64,000 nt of DNA, taken from Candidatus Aminicenantes bacterium. Lineage in GTDB: Bacteria; Acidobacteriota; Aminicenantia; Aminicenantales; CALLJL01. The translations under genes were made by a program, and so were the position numbers. The notes under the pieces were generated by a model. It had not been told where the DNA came from and did no database searches. It worked only from the letters and a program-made list of their open reading frames with translations. Positions 20,082 through 30,868 of the stretch are shown here, piece after piece. The stretch covers positions 28,719-92,718 of the forward strand of contig JAOAFQ010000191.1 in NCBI GenBank assembly GCA_026416195.1, given 5' to 3'. The stretch's first letter is position 1. Each line of letters starts with the position of its first letter.

Positions 20082-20930
20082 GTGAAATTTACCAAGCTAC
20101 ATTCCCTTGGTAACGACTTTCTGGTTATTGACCACGAAGATTTGAGCTTAAGCGGTGATTTAAGTCAGTTTGCCCGTCAAGCCTGTGACCGCCATCTTGG
20201 CGTCGGCGCTGATGGCTTAATCATTATTACTATTCGCCAGGTGGAAGAAGGAGTGGTGCATTTTCGGATTTTTAATGCAGATGGGACTGAGCCAGAAATT
20301 TCGGGCAATGGTCTTCGGTGTGCAGCTGCTTCTCTTTATTATCATCAAAAAATAAATACTCCCCGCATTCTCTTCCTGACCTCAGCTGGCGAAAGGGAAA
20401 GCACCCTTATTGAGGCTTCGCTCTCTCGTTATACCATTCGGATCGATATGGGTACCCCAAAGCTGACCTCCCGGGACATTCCCTTTGATGACGGCTCTTA
20501 TCATGAGAAAATCATAGATTATCCTCTTTCGATCAATCGAAAAATTTACCCCGTCACTGTGGTTTCAGTTGGGAATCCCCATTGTGCCATTTTTGTTGAT
20601 CGCTTTCCGGCTCGAATTGAATGGCATCAGCTTGGCCGCGAAATCGAATCTCATCCCTTCTTCCCCAACAGGGTCAATATTGAATTTATTCGAGTTTTAA
20701 ACCGGCATGAAATTGAAGTTCTCTTCTGGGAAAGAGGAGTAGGTGAAACCCTCTCCTCTGGAAGCGGCTCAACAGCAGCGGCTGTCGCTTCTATTCTTAA
20801 AGGTCTCACGGATAATCTGGTAACAGTTAGAACCAGTATGGGTTCTGTCCTTGTCGAATGGCAAGGTCAAAAAGTTTATCAAACTGGACCAGCCCAAGTT
20901 GTCTTTGAAGGCCGGCTGATTAACCTATAA
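20082..20930 (+). CDS. dapF: diaminopimelate epimerase
   Basis: It has the N-terminal signature LHSLGNDFLVID and a second active-site Cys region (SGSGSTA). It is 282 aa long. Confidence 0.85.
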   Translation: MKFTKLHSLGNDFLVIDHEDLSLSGDLSQFARQACDRHLGVGADGLIIITIRQVEEGVVHFRIFNADGTEPEISGNGLRCAAASLYYHQKINTPRILFLTSAGERESTLIEASLSRYTIRIDMGTPKLTSRDIPFDDGSYHEKIIDYPLSINRKIYPVTVVSVGNPHCAIFVDRFPARIEWHQLGREIESHPFFPNRVNIEFIRVLNRHEIEVLFWERGVGETLSSGSGSTAAAVASILKGLTDNLVTVRTSMGSVLVEWQGQKVYQTGPAQVVFEGRLINL

Positions 20931-21019
20931 TTCACTCACCCTGATTTTTTTCAAAAAGAATTGCTTCAAGAACAGATAAAAGAGACTCTGTTGATACTCC
21001 CCTCTTGAAAAAACTGCCT

Positions 21020-22219
21020 TTAAAAAGAATAAGTCAGGCCCAGACCTAGGATAAAAACGCGGAGATTATATTTCTCAGTCAGAGGATGAGGCCCAAACCC
21101 AGTGAGTACTTTTTCTCGTTCTTTACCCAAAGCATAAATATAGGCGAAATCGATGGTGACTCGACCAGAACGGTAGCCTATTCCGCCTAGAAGGCTGAAT
21201 TTATCCACATCAATGTTCATGATATTTAATGACTCGTCTGGGGTGGCATGGCGATCATAACCAATTCCACCTCTTAAGAAAATCCCTTGGAGAAAAGCAT
21301 ATTCTAACCCGATCCGAGTGATAAGAATATTTTGGAAATTCATGGCTTCAGCTGTTTTTATTTCCCCAATAAGAGGAATATTTTTTATGGTTTTATCAAT
21401 TTTATCTAAAGCCGACCAAAGGGTATATTGGGCACTAGCTGACAGTAAAATCCGGTCATTCAATTGGTAGGCCAAACCAGCCTCAAGATCCCAAGGCAAA
21501 CTAAAGGATGTTTCTGAATCAAGTTTGAGCCGAAAACCATTATAATTAACAGCTGTTGTGCCGACTAAATTCATTTTTGCGGGACCTCTTAAGCTTAAAC
21601 CAAAAGCTGCTTTTTCAGACAACTGATAAAGAAGACCAGCAGAGGCGGTCAAAACAGAGCCACTCTCCTCTTCTTTCATTTCGCCCAAAGGATCCATTTT
21701 TGTTTTAACCGTCAAAATTCCTTGATAAAAATTAAGAGCAAACCCTATCGAAATTTTTTCATTAAATTTGAAGGCCAAAGTGGGGGTATAAGATATGATT
21801 CCTAAGGTCGATTTGAAGGGATAACCTAGGTCAGATTCTTGCCAGTCAACTCCGCCCCCAGCATAAGGGATATAAACCCCAAAACCAACCGCGACTTTTT
21901 CATTCATTTGATAAGTAACAAAAATCTGAGGGACTGAACTTTCAAAGCGACTCTGAATTTCCTGTCCAGTTGGAGAGACATAGCTATGAGTCGGCCATAT
22001 GTGAAAGCCACCTAAGCAAAAATTAAAGGCTGCTTGCTGTCTCGTCAGACCAGCTGGATTGTAGAAAATTGCACTCGGATCATTAGCCACAGCAATAAAA
22101 GCTCCCCCCATCCCCATGGCTCGGCAACCAAGTAAAGTATTATTCCAAGCTCCGCCCATCAAAAAGAGAGGATAAAAAAATAATAAAACCATTAAGCCAA
22201 ACCTTAGTTTTATTTTCAT
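21020..22219 (-). CDS. outer membrane transport protein, FadL/OmpP1/TodX family
   Basis: It has a signal peptide followed by GMGGAFIAVANDPSAIFYNPAGL, which matches the FadL-family N-terminal hatch motif. It ends in a C-terminal aromatic residue (SF), as expected for a beta-barrel. Confidence 0.6.
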   Translation of the reverse strand: MKIKLRFGLMVLLFFYPLFLMGGAWNNTLLGCRAMGMGGAFIAVANDPSAIFYNPAGLTRQQAAFNFCLGGFHIWPTHSYVSPTGQEIQSRFESSVPQIFVTYQMNEKVAVGFGVYIPYAGGGVDWQESDLGYPFKSTLGIISYTPTLAFKFNEKISIGFALNFYQGILTVKTKMDPLGEMKEEESGSVLTASAGLLYQLSEKAAFGLSLRGPAKMNLVGTTAVNYNGFRLKLDSETSFSLPWDLEAGLAYQLNDRILLSASAQYTLWSALDKIDKTIKNIPLIGEIKTAEAMNFQNILITRIGLEYAFLQGIFLRGGIGYDRHATPDESLNIMNIDVDKFSLLGGIGYRSGRVTIDFAYIYALGKEREKVLTGFGPHPLTEKYNLRVFILGLGLTYSF

Positions 22220-22382
22220 CGTCTTTTTCTCCCTAGACTTTTTTATTAGGCTTACAACTATTTAAGGCTTAAAGTCAAGCTTGCAAAAACCATGAAGTTA
22301 AATCTCCTTAGATTCCGCTCAAATTGGATTTCTTAAAATAATAAATCAATAATTTGTAAAACTAAGCTTAGAAATTAATATC

Positions 22383-23390
22383 TTAAGGATTAAAATGAGA
22401 AAAACCTGCAGGCTTAAGAGGTCGGCGCTCACCTTTATTATCTATAATCCATAATTGTCGGCTCTTAATAATCCGGCCAATTTCATGGAGATTAAAACGA
22501 CGACTAACCTTAACTATTTTATTTCTTTTGTGGGGTGGAACAGTAAATAGAAGCTGATAATCTTCACCCCCAGCAAGGACAAAAGACCAAAAATCTGAAA
22601 AATTTTCTTTTAGAGCAGGATGAAGGGGAATCCTGGATTGCTCAATTTCAGCCCCAACTTGGCTCTCTTCGCAAAGATGGCATAGATCGATCGACAGACC
22701 ATCGGAAGTGTCAATCATCGCCGAGGCCAACCCATGTCGAGCTAGCCAACAGCCGAGGCGAAGCTGGGGACTTGGATCAAGAAAGGCTCCAATTAAGGGA
22801 TCAATAGAATTTAGACGACCTGCTTTAATCTTGTCTATTATTTCTTTGGCTAATTTATTTGTCTTTTCGAGCAACCAAAGCCCGGCTGCAGCCAATCCAG
22901 GATAACCTGATAACCAAATGGTGTCACCGGGTTTAGCGCCATTTCTAGGAACAAATCTTTTGACCTGACCAATTACGGTAATTGAAATAACAATTTCTGG
23001 CGAGCGGCTCAAATCACCCCCAACGAGAGAAACCCGCTCTCTTTGACAAATCGCCTTTAGACCAGCCATGAACTCTTCAACCCAACTAGGAGGAAGTGAT
23101 GGCGGCAAACCTAGGCCGAGCAGGCAGTAAAGAGGACGACCACCCATGGCCGCAAGATCACTTAAATTAACTGATAAACTTTTTCGGCCTAGAAAATAGG
23201 GAGGATTAATCTCTCGACGAAAATGTGTCTTTTCAATTAAAAGATCTTTAGTGACAACTAACAGGTTTTTCCCTGGCTTTAAAACAGCGGCATCATCACC
23301 AATCCCCAGAATAATTGGCCCTTTTTTGGTTAGAAAATCTTTGCGAATGGCCAAAAGCAGTTCAGGCTCGCGGAGCCGCCGCAATCTCAT
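22383..23390 (-). CDS. thiL: thiamine-monophosphate kinase
   Basis: It carries the IGDDAAVL motif and an AIR-synthase-related fold. The start is chosen at the internal Met ([12 protein letters not shown]) so the gene does not overlap lon by about 90 nt. The ORF track would extend it to 23453. Confidence 0.75.
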   Translation of the reverse strand: MRLRRLREPELLLAIRKDFLTKKGPIILGIGDDAAVLKPGKNLLVVTKDLLIEKTHFRREINPPYFLGRKSLSVNLSDLAAMGGRPLYCLLGLGLPPSLPPSWVEEFMAGLKAICQRERVSLVGGDLSRSPEIVISITVIGQVKRFVPRNGAKPGDTIWLSGYPGLAAAGLWLLEKTNKLAKEIIDKIKAGRLNSIDPLIGAFLDPSPQLRLGCWLARHGLASAMIDTSDGLSIDLCHLCEESQVGAEIEQSRIPLHPALKENFSDFWSFVLAGGEDYQLLFTVPPHKRNKIVKVSRRFNLHEIGRIIKSRQLWIIDNKGERRPLKPAGFSHFNP

Positions 23391-25812
23391 GACGTTGCTC
23401 AAAAGGAGAAATAACCAGAGCTGCCTCAAAAACTTGATTAATATTCTCGACAAAAATGAATTCCATCTCTTTTTTTACTTTGGCTGGAATATCAGCCAAA
23501 TCTTTTTTATTAGGCGCGGGTAAGATCATCTTTCTTATACCGGCTCGCTGAGCAGCTAGAACTTTTTCTTTAACCCCACCAATCGGAAGCACATTACCTC
23601 GTAAGGTAATCTCTCCGGTCATAGCTACATCATGCTTCACCTTAATTTCTGTACAGACAGAGATAAGGGAAGTGGCAATAGTTACTCCAGCTGACGGTCC
23701 ATCTTTAGGAATAGCCCCTTCAGGAATATGGATGTGGAAATCAAATTCACTGAAAATTGAGAGGTCAATGCCAAATTCATCGGCATGGGAGCGCAAATAA
23801 CTCAGAGCAGCTTGAGCTGATTCCTTCATAACATCTCCTAAAGAGCCGGTCAAAATCAATCCACCTTTGCCTTTCATTTTGGTAGCTTCAACAAAGATGA
23901 TTTCGCCTCCAGAGGCCGTCCAGGCCACCCCGGTTGCTACCCCGACTTGATCCTTCGCCAGCATCTGATCTCGGAAGATTCGAGGAGGGCCGAGAAATTC
24001 TTCTAGATTATTGGTCGTAACTCGATGCTTAAATTTTTTGCCTTCAGCCACTCGCCAAGCCACCTTGCGGCAAACAGCCGCAATTTCTCTTTCCAAGTTG
24101 CGCACCCCTGCTTCCCTCGTATACTGAGCGATAATTTTCTTGACAGCAGCCCGGCTAAAAGAAATTAAATCCTTACTCAGTCCATTCTCAGTGATCTGCT
24201 TAGGAATCAAATGGCGAAGGGCAATCTCGAGCTTCTCTTCCTCAGTATAACCAGGAATTTCAATTATTTCCATTCGGTCCCTAAAGGCGGGGTGAATAGG
24301 ATCCAGGAGATTGGCCGTAGTAATAAACATTACCTTGGAGAGATCGAAAGGAACGCCAAGATAATGGTCACGGAAGGAATGATTTTGTTCAGGATCGAGG
24401 ACCTCGAGCAGGGCAGATGAAGGATCGCCTCGGAAATCAGCACCAATTTTATCCACCTCATCCAGCATGAATACTGGGTTGTTGCTACCGGCCTGCCTTA
24501 TTCCCTGAATGATCTTTCCAGGCATGGCCCCGACATAGGTCCGCCTATGGCCTCTAATTTCGGCTTCGTCGCGAACCCCCCCTAAGGAAATCCGAACAAA
24601 TTTTCGGCCCAAAGCTCGGGCTATTGACCGGCCAAGGGAAGTTTTTCCAACTCCAGGTGGTCCCACAAAACAAAGAATTGGCCCTCTTATTTTTTGAGAA
24701 AGAGATCTTCCCGCTAAGTATTCAAGAATCCTCATTTTTACCTTTTCCAAGCCATAATGATCCTCATCCAAAATCTTTTTGGCGGCCTTTAGATCAAGAT
24801 TATCAGGTGTGCTTTCATTCCAAGGTAAGGAAAACATCCAATCAAGGTAGTTCCGAACCACAGCCGTTTCGGCTGATTCTGGATGCATTTGACTGAGACG
24901 ATTGATTTGTTTTTCCAGCTCTTCCCGAACTTCATCAGGAACCTGCAATTTGGCCAGTTTTTCTTGATAACTTCTTATTTCTTCCTGAAGTTCACTGCCC
25001 TCACCAAGTTCCTTTTGAATCGCCTTAAGTTGCTGCCTTAGGAAATACTGACGCTGAAGCTTATCTAGCTCGCCTCTAGCTTCACTGGTTATTTTCGATT
25101 GAAGATCAAGAATTTCCAACTCTTTCATCAGGAGCTCATGAACTTTTTTCAGCCGATCAACAGGATTAATAATCTCCAGAACCTTTTGGGCCTCCTCAAC
25201 TTTAAGGTCAAGATTGGCCGCAGTCAAATCAGCTAGCCGTCCAGGCTCTTCCATATTAGCTGCAATAATGAGGACTTCAGGCGGAATATTCTTGCCTAAG
25301 GATGTAGCTTTCTCCAAGCCAGCACGAATATTTCTAATTAAAGCTTCGACTTCCATCGTCTTTTCCGTAATTTCTGGCTCATGAATAACGGTAATTTCGG
25401 ATTGAATCACCTTGCCATCGTCTTCAAAAGTTTCAACTTTGGCCCTGACTAAACCTTGGACTAACGCCCTCACCCGTCCATCGGGCAATTTAAGCATTCG
25501 AATAATCATGGCCACCGTACCCAGATCAAAGGCATCCTCTCTTTTTGGATCCTCAATTTCTAAGTCTTTCTGGGTCAAAAGAAGAACCATCCGATGACTA
25601 GAAAGGGCCAAGTCAATTGCATTCTTTGATTTTTCTCGCCCAACGAAAAGAGGGACAATCATATAAGGAAAAACCACAATGTCCCGCAACATTAAAACAG
25701 GTAGTTTCGATGGAATTTGAAGCCTTGGTCCTCCCAAATCTGAGGTTCCTTCCTCAGGGCTGTTCTCTATTTCAAAGGAAGAATCAGGCCTTTCCTTTTC
25801 AGGATCACTCAT
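23362..25812 (-). CDS. lon: ATP-dependent Lon protease
   Basis: The 816-aa ORF has an N-terminal LON domain, an AAA+ module (GPPGVGKTS), and a C-terminal S16 protease region with catalytic Ser (PKDGPSAG). Confidence 0.95.
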   Translation of the reverse strand: MSDPEKERPDSSFEIENSPEEGTSDLGGPRLQIPSKLPVLMLRDIVVFPYMIVPLFVGREKSKNAIDLALSSHRMVLLLTQKDLEIEDPKREDAFDLGTVAMIIRMLKLPDGRVRALVQGLVRAKVETFEDDGKVIQSEITVIHEPEITEKTMEVEALIRNIRAGLEKATSLGKNIPPEVLIIAANMEEPGRLADLTAANLDLKVEEAQKVLEIINPVDRLKKVHELLMKELEILDLQSKITSEARGELDKLQRQYFLRQQLKAIQKELGEGSELQEEIRSYQEKLAKLQVPDEVREELEKQINRLSQMHPESAETAVVRNYLDWMFSLPWNESTPDNLDLKAAKKILDEDHYGLEKVKMRILEYLAGRSLSQKIRGPILCFVGPPGVGKTSLGRSIARALGRKFVRISLGGVRDEAEIRGHRRTYVGAMPGKIIQGIRQAGSNNPVFMLDEVDKIGADFRGDPSSALLEVLDPEQNHSFRDHYLGVPFDLSKVMFITTANLLDPIHPAFRDRMEIIEIPGYTEEEKLEIALRHLIPKQITENGLSKDLISFSRAAVKKIIAQYTREAGVRNLEREIAAVCRKVAWRVAEGKKFKHRVTTNNLEEFLGPPRIFRDQMLAKDQVGVATGVAWTASGGEIIFVEATKMKGKGGLILTGSLGDVMKESAQAALSYLRSHADEFGIDLSIFSEFDFHIHIPEGAIPKDGPSAGVTIATSLISVCTEIKVKHDVAMTGEITLRGNVLPIGGVKEKVLAAQRAGIRKMILPAPNKKDLADIPAKVKKEMEFIFVENINQVFEAALVISPFEQRHEIAAAPRA

Positions 25813-25859
25813 TTTTTTCCTCCAACTATAGCTTCATATTCTCCCAAAAGAATTGATAA

Positions 25860-26210
25860 TTACCGACTTCTTTTAAATTTTTTCAATTTTATGGTTAAGA
25901 TACCATCTTCGAGCCAGGCTACAGTGTGGTCAGGGAAAACAAGACAAGGAAGAGGAATAAACCGAGAAAACTGGCCATACTCTCGTTCAAGACGAATGTA
26001 ATGTCCTCCCTTGGCCAATTCATCCTCTCTCTTCTTTCCTTTAAGATCAATGTGATTAGCATGAACCACCACTGAAATATCTTGAGGTTCAATCCCAGGA
26101 AGTTCGATTTCAACAATTAGCTCTTCGGCTCGTTCCGAAATATCAACTCGAGGTATCCAGGGAGAAGGCCAGGAAGGAAAGACTTCCCGGACACTCTTTT
26201 CTTCCTCCAT
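25860..26210 (-). CDS. Hsp20/alpha-crystallin family small heat shock protein
   Basis: An alpha-crystallin domain is present (VDISERAEELIVEIELPGIEPQDISV ... GILTIKL). It lies immediately upstream of lon and is co-oriented with it. The internal Met (MEEEKSV) is preferred over the track start at 26270. Confidence 0.75.
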   Translation of the reverse strand: MEEEKSVREVFPSWPSPWIPRVDISERAEELIVEIELPGIEPQDISVVVHANHIDLKGKKREDELAKGGHYIRLEREYGQFSRFIPLPCLVFPDHTVAWLEDGILTIKLKKFKRSR

Positions 26211-26290
26211 ATTTTTAAAAGAGATATTTATTTTTTTAATAGCCTGAGCCTTTCTTGGTTTCGGTCTCATTGCAATTTACTTTTATTTTT

Positions 26291-26746
26291 TTATTTTTCT
26301 TTAAGTAAATTTTCTAGTTCCTGTTTGAATTCAACCACATCCTTGAATTCTCGATAAACGGAGGCAAACCGGACATAAGCAACTTTATCGAGCTCCTTTA
26401 ATCTGTCCATAACGAGAGCCCCAATTTCCGAAGAACTCATTTCTTTTTCCGGTTTTTCCTGTAGCTTGGTCTCAATTTCCTCAACTATTTCCTCTAATTT
26501 AGATACTGGAATCGGTCTTTTCTCACAAGCCTTGAGCATACCCCGCAGAAGCTTCTGTCCATCAAAAGGTTGGCGGCTGCCATCTTTCTTCACAACCATA
26601 AAAGGAACTTCCTCAATTCTTTCATAGGTAGTAAAGCGTCGTTGGCAAGCTGAACATTGACGACGTCGACGGATGCTTAGACCTTTTTTGCTTTCCCTAG
26701 AATCAATGACCCTAGTCTCAGGATGTTGACAATAGGGACATTTCAT
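26291..26746 (-). CDS. nrdR: transcriptional repressor NrdR
   Basis: It has the zinc-ribbon start [17 protein letters not shown] followed by an ATP-cone. It is 151 aa long. Confidence 0.9.
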   Translation of the reverse strand: MKCPYCQHPETRVIDSRESKKGLSIRRRRQCSACQRRFTTYERIEEVPFMVVKKDGSRQPFDGQKLLRGMLKACEKRPIPVSKLEEIVEEIETKLQEKPEKEMSSSEIGALVMDRLKELDKVAYVRFASVYREFKDVVEFKQELENLLKEK

Positions 26747-27826
26747 TTAAATGCCTTTCTCTCTTAATTGGACTATCTGAAAAAAAGATATTCCCTCTTT
26801 CCATAATATACCATACCCTATAAGGCATGTCACGACAAGTTGAAGGGCATGAGTAACCAGCGTAATGCCAACTGCTAGGTTTGGATCAAGACCATAAATT
26901 GAGGTCAAAGCTAATTTGCTGAAATAATGAAATCCACCAACCATTCCAGGCGTAGGAATAGAGGCTCCAACCATCGTTAAAAAGACATAGGGAAAGAGGA
27001 AAAAAAAGGAAAGATTAACTCCATAAGCCAGGAAAAACACCCAATAATAGAAGATGATTAAAAGCCAAACTAAGAAAGAAAGAGCAATATAAATTAAGAC
27101 TGCTTTCAAGGAGTGAAAGAATTTAAGGCCAATAATAAATTCTTCAGCTAAGCCCAATAGGCTTTGGCGAACTTTCAAAGGCAAGGGTCGCAGGAAAAAT
27201 GAAATTAAACGAAGCGAAGGATCTTTAAAAAAATATAATAATAGGCTGGCCATTAACAAAAAAGAAGCAAAAATTAAAGCCACAGAACCCCAGAAACGCA
27301 AATTGTCATTGACAGCCTCATCAATTTTAAAAAGAGCGGAATACAAAGGTTGAGCCACTAAAAAAAGACCTAAAAGAAAGCACATGGTAAATATATCAAA
27401 AGTTCGCTCAACCACTACTGTCCCCAAGACAAAGCCCTTTTTTATTCCCTCCTTCTGAGCCAAATAAAGCGGTTTAACAAGTTCGCCCAATCGTCCTGGA
27501 AAAAGGAAAGTAACGGTAAAGCCAACAGCATTACTGGCAAAAAGATTCCAAAGGCTTATTTTCGATTTTTCGGGGAGAAGAAGAAAACGCCATCTCGCTC
27601 CCCTGGTTAAAAGATGAAGAGGTGTAAGCAAAATTGACATAGTAAAAATAAGAGGATTTACCTCAGTCAGATACTTGGCTACCTCGCTCCAGTCGACCTT
27701 CCGGAAAAAAAAGTAAAGAAAAATAAGACTTATTAGAAAAAAGATAATTAGACGAAAATATTTTTTGACCAAATCAGCCTCGTCTCTTGAAGGCGTCATG
27801 TTATCAACATCTTCCAGATATGTCAA
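26747..27826 (-). CDS. UPF0104 / flippase-like polytopic membrane protein
   Basis: The 359-aa ORF is polytopic and opens with MTYLEDVD...FRKVDWSEV, which is typical of the LPG-synthase-TM-like / UPF0104 family as I recall it. Confidence 0.5.
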   Translation of the reverse strand: MTYLEDVDNMTPSRDEADLVKKYFRLIIFFLISLIFLYFFFRKVDWSEVAKYLTEVNPLIFTMSILLTPLHLLTRGARWRFLLLPEKSKISLWNLFASNAVGFTVTFLFPGRLGELVKPLYLAQKEGIKKGFVLGTVVVERTFDIFTMCFLLGLFLVAQPLYSALFKIDEAVNDNLRFWGSVALIFASFLLMASLLLYFFKDPSLRLISFFLRPLPLKVRQSLLGLAEEFIIGLKFFHSLKAVLIYIALSFLVWLLIIFYYWVFFLAYGVNLSFFFLFPYVFLTMVGASIPTPGMVGGFHYFSKLALTSIYGLDPNLAVGITLVTHALQLVVTCLIGYGILWKEGISFFQIVQLREKGI

Positions 27827-27946
27827 TTTGGCTAAAAAATTAAGTGGAGATGGATTTTTATGAGGTCAATAAAGAATAAGGAGTAGGTCTTAAAATCAGG
27901 GGCCCTTGAATTAGATGAAAAGTTTGCTATATTTTAGATTGGTTTG

Positions 27947-28020
27947 CTGGGAAGTCGTCTAACGGTAGGACACATGACTCTGGATCATGGAATCGGGGTT
28001 CGAATCCCTGCTTCCCAGCC
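27947..28020 (+). tRNA. tRNA-Gln (anticodon CTG)
   Basis: The cloverleaf has acceptor TGGGAAG/CTTCCCA with U1-A72, anticodon stem CATGA/TCATG with loop CTCTGGA, T-loop TTCGAAT, discriminator G, and an encoded CCA. Confidence 0.85.
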
Positions 28021-28060
28021 AAGCTAAGCTTCCTTCTTGTCTCTCCTTTATTTAAACGAG

Positions 28061-28468
28061 TTAATTCTTAGAGGAAAGGGGGAAATTCTTTTTTTTGATG
28101 ATAAAGTCTCTTATATTGGCTGAAATTGAAGCTAAAAAAGCAAGGAGAAGTAGACCAAGGGTAAGGGAATTAATTATTTTATCCGGAGGCTCCCAGCCTG
28201 TAATTTCCCGAATAAGAAAAGCTGTATAAGAAGGAGGATGATCGAAATTACCCAGTTTCTCCCTCACTTGCCAGTGCCAATCAGTAAATGGACAATAACC
28301 ATAGCCATACCAGAAGCCTAAGATAAACCATGATCCAAGAGTTAGAATAATAATTATGAGGTTAATTAATCTAGTTTTTCGCCAGATCCAACCCAAAAGG
28401 TTAAAAATTACAAGAAAGGAATGGAAAATAAAGAAAAAAAGATTTAAAAGCTGGTAAAGAAAGCGCAT
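28061..28468 (-). CDS. small membrane protein with a CPxT motif (DUF2784-like)
   Basis: The 135-aa ORF has three or four TM helices and a CPFTDWHWQVREKLG segment resembling the DUF2784 CPLT motif. The assignment is tentative. Confidence 0.4.
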   Translation of the reverse strand: MRFLYQLLNLFFFIFHSFLVIFNLLGWIWRKTRLINLIIIILTLGSWFILGFWYGYGYCPFTDWHWQVREKLGNFDHPPSYTAFLIREITGWEPPDKIINSLTLGLLLLAFLASISANIRDFIIKKKNFPLSSKN

Positions 28469-28485
28469 AAACTTATAATAATAAG

Positions 28486-28558
28486 TAGCGCTACCGGGAT
28501 TCGAACCCGGGTCTGATGGCTGAGAACCATCTGTCCTTGGCCTCTAGACGATAGCGCC
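28486..28558 (-). tRNA. tRNA-Glu (anticodon CTC)
   Basis: The reverse complement reads GGCGCTA-TCGTCTAGAGGCCAAGGACA-GATGG TTCTCAG CCATC-...-CCCGGGTTCGAATCCCGG-TAGCGCT-A. The D-arm is identical in pattern to known tRNA-Glu. A G1·U72 wobble is noted. Confidence 0.8.
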
Positions 28559-28755
28559 TTTGCTTTCCATTAAATAGCAGAACCTCCTCTCCCTGTCAAT
28601 GAAAAATCTTAGTTCAAACCTTCCCCCAATTTTGGCTTAAAATCTTCAAGACAAATTCACTCACCTAATTATCGCTGATTTTTCAATTTGATCGAATTTG
28701 GCCCAAAATTTCGATCTAAACTTAATTGATATTGCTAGTCTTTTAAGAACAATTT

Positions 28756-29688
28756 TTAGATATATTCAATAGTGGCTGGTGGTTTAGGTGTCAACTCATA
28801 GGCTACTCGAGTCACGGATGGAATTTCTTCAATAATTCTCTCGGTTATTTTCATCAGGACAGCCCAGGGAAGAGGTGATGGCTCAGCCGTCATCGCATCT
28901 CGACTTTCGACTGAGCGAATAATGATGATATCGCCTAATTTTCGCTGTCCTTTTTCAATTCCTGTCGCTTTATCGGTCAAAAGAACAGCAAAGGCTTGAA
29001 AGGGTTGAAACGAAGACACTTCTTCTTCCACAATCTTAGTCGCCCTCCTTACGATGGCTACTCTTTCAGGGGTAATCTCGCCCAAGATGCGAGCAGCTAA
29101 GCCAGGTCCAGGAAAAGGCATTCTTTTTAAAATTGATTCAGGTAAACCAAGCGCTTTGGCTACTTCCCTGACTTCGTGTTTAAAAAGGGTTTTAAGAGGC
29201 TCGATAATTTTAAATCCAAAACTTATTTCTGGATCAATTCCTATTTGCTCAAGAATATTATGCTGAGTTTTAATTCCGTCCCTAGTTTCAATTATATCAG
29301 CCGCAATTGTTCCTTGAATGAGAAATCGAACACCCCTTTCTTGGATTATCCGGCCCAACGTTCGATAAAAAACTTCCCGAAAGGCTTTTCGTTTTTCTTC
29401 AGGATCAACCAAACCGTTTAATGCCTGAAAAAATTCATTTTGAGCGTTGACGATTTCAACCGGAATGCCCAGTTCGGCAAAAACTGATTTAACTTGCTCT
29501 GGCTCTCCTTCTCTCATCAAACCATCATCAATAAAAACTACCTTCAATCGAGGGCCTAGGGCTTTCCAAGCCAGGAGAGTGCAGGTAGAACTATCTACCC
29601 CGCCAGAAAGGGCCGAGAGGGCACCAGTCTCACCCACTATTTTTCTAATCATGTCTATTTGGTCATTGATAAAAGATTTCACTTCCAT
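28756..29688 (-). CDS. guaA: GMP synthase ATP-pyrophosphatase (PP-loop) subunit, stand-alone (split guaA, subunit-B type)
   Basis: It carries the PP-loop ALSGGVDSST, plus PFPGPGLAARILGEI and the C-terminal KPPATIEYI, which align closely with the C-terminal domain of E. coli GuaA. No glutamine amidotransferase domain is fused to it. Confidence 0.85.
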   Translation of the reverse strand: MEVKSFINDQIDMIRKIVGETGALSALSGGVDSSTCTLLAWKALGPRLKVVFIDDGLMREGEPEQVKSVFAELGIPVEIVNAQNEFFQALNGLVDPEEKRKAFREVFYRTLGRIIQERGVRFLIQGTIAADIIETRDGIKTQHNILEQIGIDPEISFGFKIIEPLKTLFKHEVREVAKALGLPESILKRMPFPGPGLAARILGEITPERVAIVRRATKIVEEEVSSFQPFQAFAVLLTDKATGIEKGQRKLGDIIIIRSVESRDAMTAEPSPLPWAVLMKITERIIEEIPSVTRVAYELTPKPPATIEYI

Positions 29689-29894
29689 ATTTTCCTCCTG
29701 CTTTCCTAACTATAATTATTATTTTATTTTTCTTTTTCTTGTCCTAAATTTTGTAATTCAATCAATGTTTCTTTGTTCTACTTCATTTTATTTCAGGTTA
29801 AGATATCTTACCCCAATTAAGAAGGCAAGAGAATCTTTTCGAGAACTGAAAAGATTCCTTATCTCAGTCTTTTTTGCTATGATGAAAAAGATCA

Positions 29895-30701
29895 TTGAGC
29901 GTTATGAATATCCTTATTTTCAGCGATGAACAGCAACTAACCGAAGCAGCCGTTCAGTTAATCCTTCAGGCTTATGAAAGGAAGCCTAATCTTGTTCTGG
30001 GATTAGCTGCTGGTCGAACACCTCGTCGACTCTACTCTGATTTGGTTAGAGCGTATCAGGAAAAAAAGATCGATTTTAGCCTCGTTCGAGTTTTCGCTCT
30101 TGATGAATTTAGAGGTTTGAGCCCTAACCATCCCCTTAGCTTCGCCTATTATTTCAAAGAGAATCTATTTAACCACATAAATCTTCGTCCAGAAAACATT
30201 TTTCTTTTAAATGGTCAGACCGAGAAAATAGACGATCATTGCCGCTTTTATGAATCGATGATTTTACAGACTGGGGGTATAGATATTCAGATCTTGGGAA
30301 TTGGATTAAATGGTCATATCGGATTTAATGAGCCAGGTTCATCCTTTGGATCAAGAACAAGACTCCAGATCCTAACTCCCGAAACAAGGGCTAACCAGCA
30401 AGCTCTTTTCCAAGCTCAGGGAGAAGACCCTCCAACGATGGCTCTAACGATGGGGTTAGCGACTATTCTCGAAGCCAGAAATATAATTCTACTCGCTACA
30501 GGTGAAGACAAAGCGGCTATCATTAGTCAAGCTTTAGAAGGACCGATAACCATTTCTCTGCCTGCCAGTTGTTTGCAACTCCATCCTTCAGTATTTGTTT
30601 TCTTAGATGAATTAGCGGCTTCTCAGCTTAAAAGGAAGGCTTTTTATCTTTATTGCCAAGAAATAAATAAAAGAGAGAAGCTACCCATCGTTATTCTTTA
30701 A
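29895..30701 (+). CDS. nagB: glucosamine-6-phosphate deaminase (NagB/Pgl family)
   Basis: It has ILGIGLNGHIGFNEPGS, which matches the NagB active-site region. The 268-aa length matches NagB. The true start may be the MNILIF Met at 29904. Confidence 0.7.
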   Translation: MSVMNILIFSDEQQLTEAAVQLILQAYERKPNLVLGLAAGRTPRRLYSDLVRAYQEKKIDFSLVRVFALDEFRGLSPNHPLSFAYYFKENLFNHINLRPENIFLLNGQTEKIDDHCRFYESMILQTGGIDIQILGIGLNGHIGFNEPGSSFGSRTRLQILTPETRANQQALFQAQGEDPPTMALTMGLATILEARNIILLATGEDKAAIISQALEGPITISLPASCLQLHPSVFVFLDELAASQLKRKAFYLYCQEINKREKLPIVIL

Positions 30702-30711
30702 AATTCTTTTT

Positions 30712-30757
30712 AAAACTCCAGGGTCTCATTCTTAGCGCTAAGAATTGTTTGGAGTTT
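30712..30757. terminator. palindromic hairpin between convergent nagB-like and arsR-family genes (candidate bidirectional terminator)
   Basis: The sequence aaactccag...attcttagc|gctaagaat...ttggagttt holds a perfect 18-bp palindrome inside a longer inverted repeat. It sits between two convergent stop codons. Confidence 0.4.
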
Positions 30758-30868
30758 AATCCCCAAAAAAAATTAATTCTTTCTCTTTCCTCTACAATAA
30801 ATAAGAATTAATAAAGCAAAACATTTTTTATATTAGAAAATGATATTTTTTATCTAAGATTGGCCATA

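Noticed and set aside
23362-23453. Apparent 90-nt overlap of thiL with lon
   Set aside because: This is an artefact of taking the longest ORF. An internal Met 28 nt beyond the lon stop gives a normal ThiL N-terminus.
26291-26746. Looked for ribonucleotide reductase genes or NrdR boxes next to nrdR
   Set aside because: nrdR is adjacent only to a flippase-like membrane protein and hsp20–lon. There are no nrd genes in the window, so there is nothing to report beyond the gene call.
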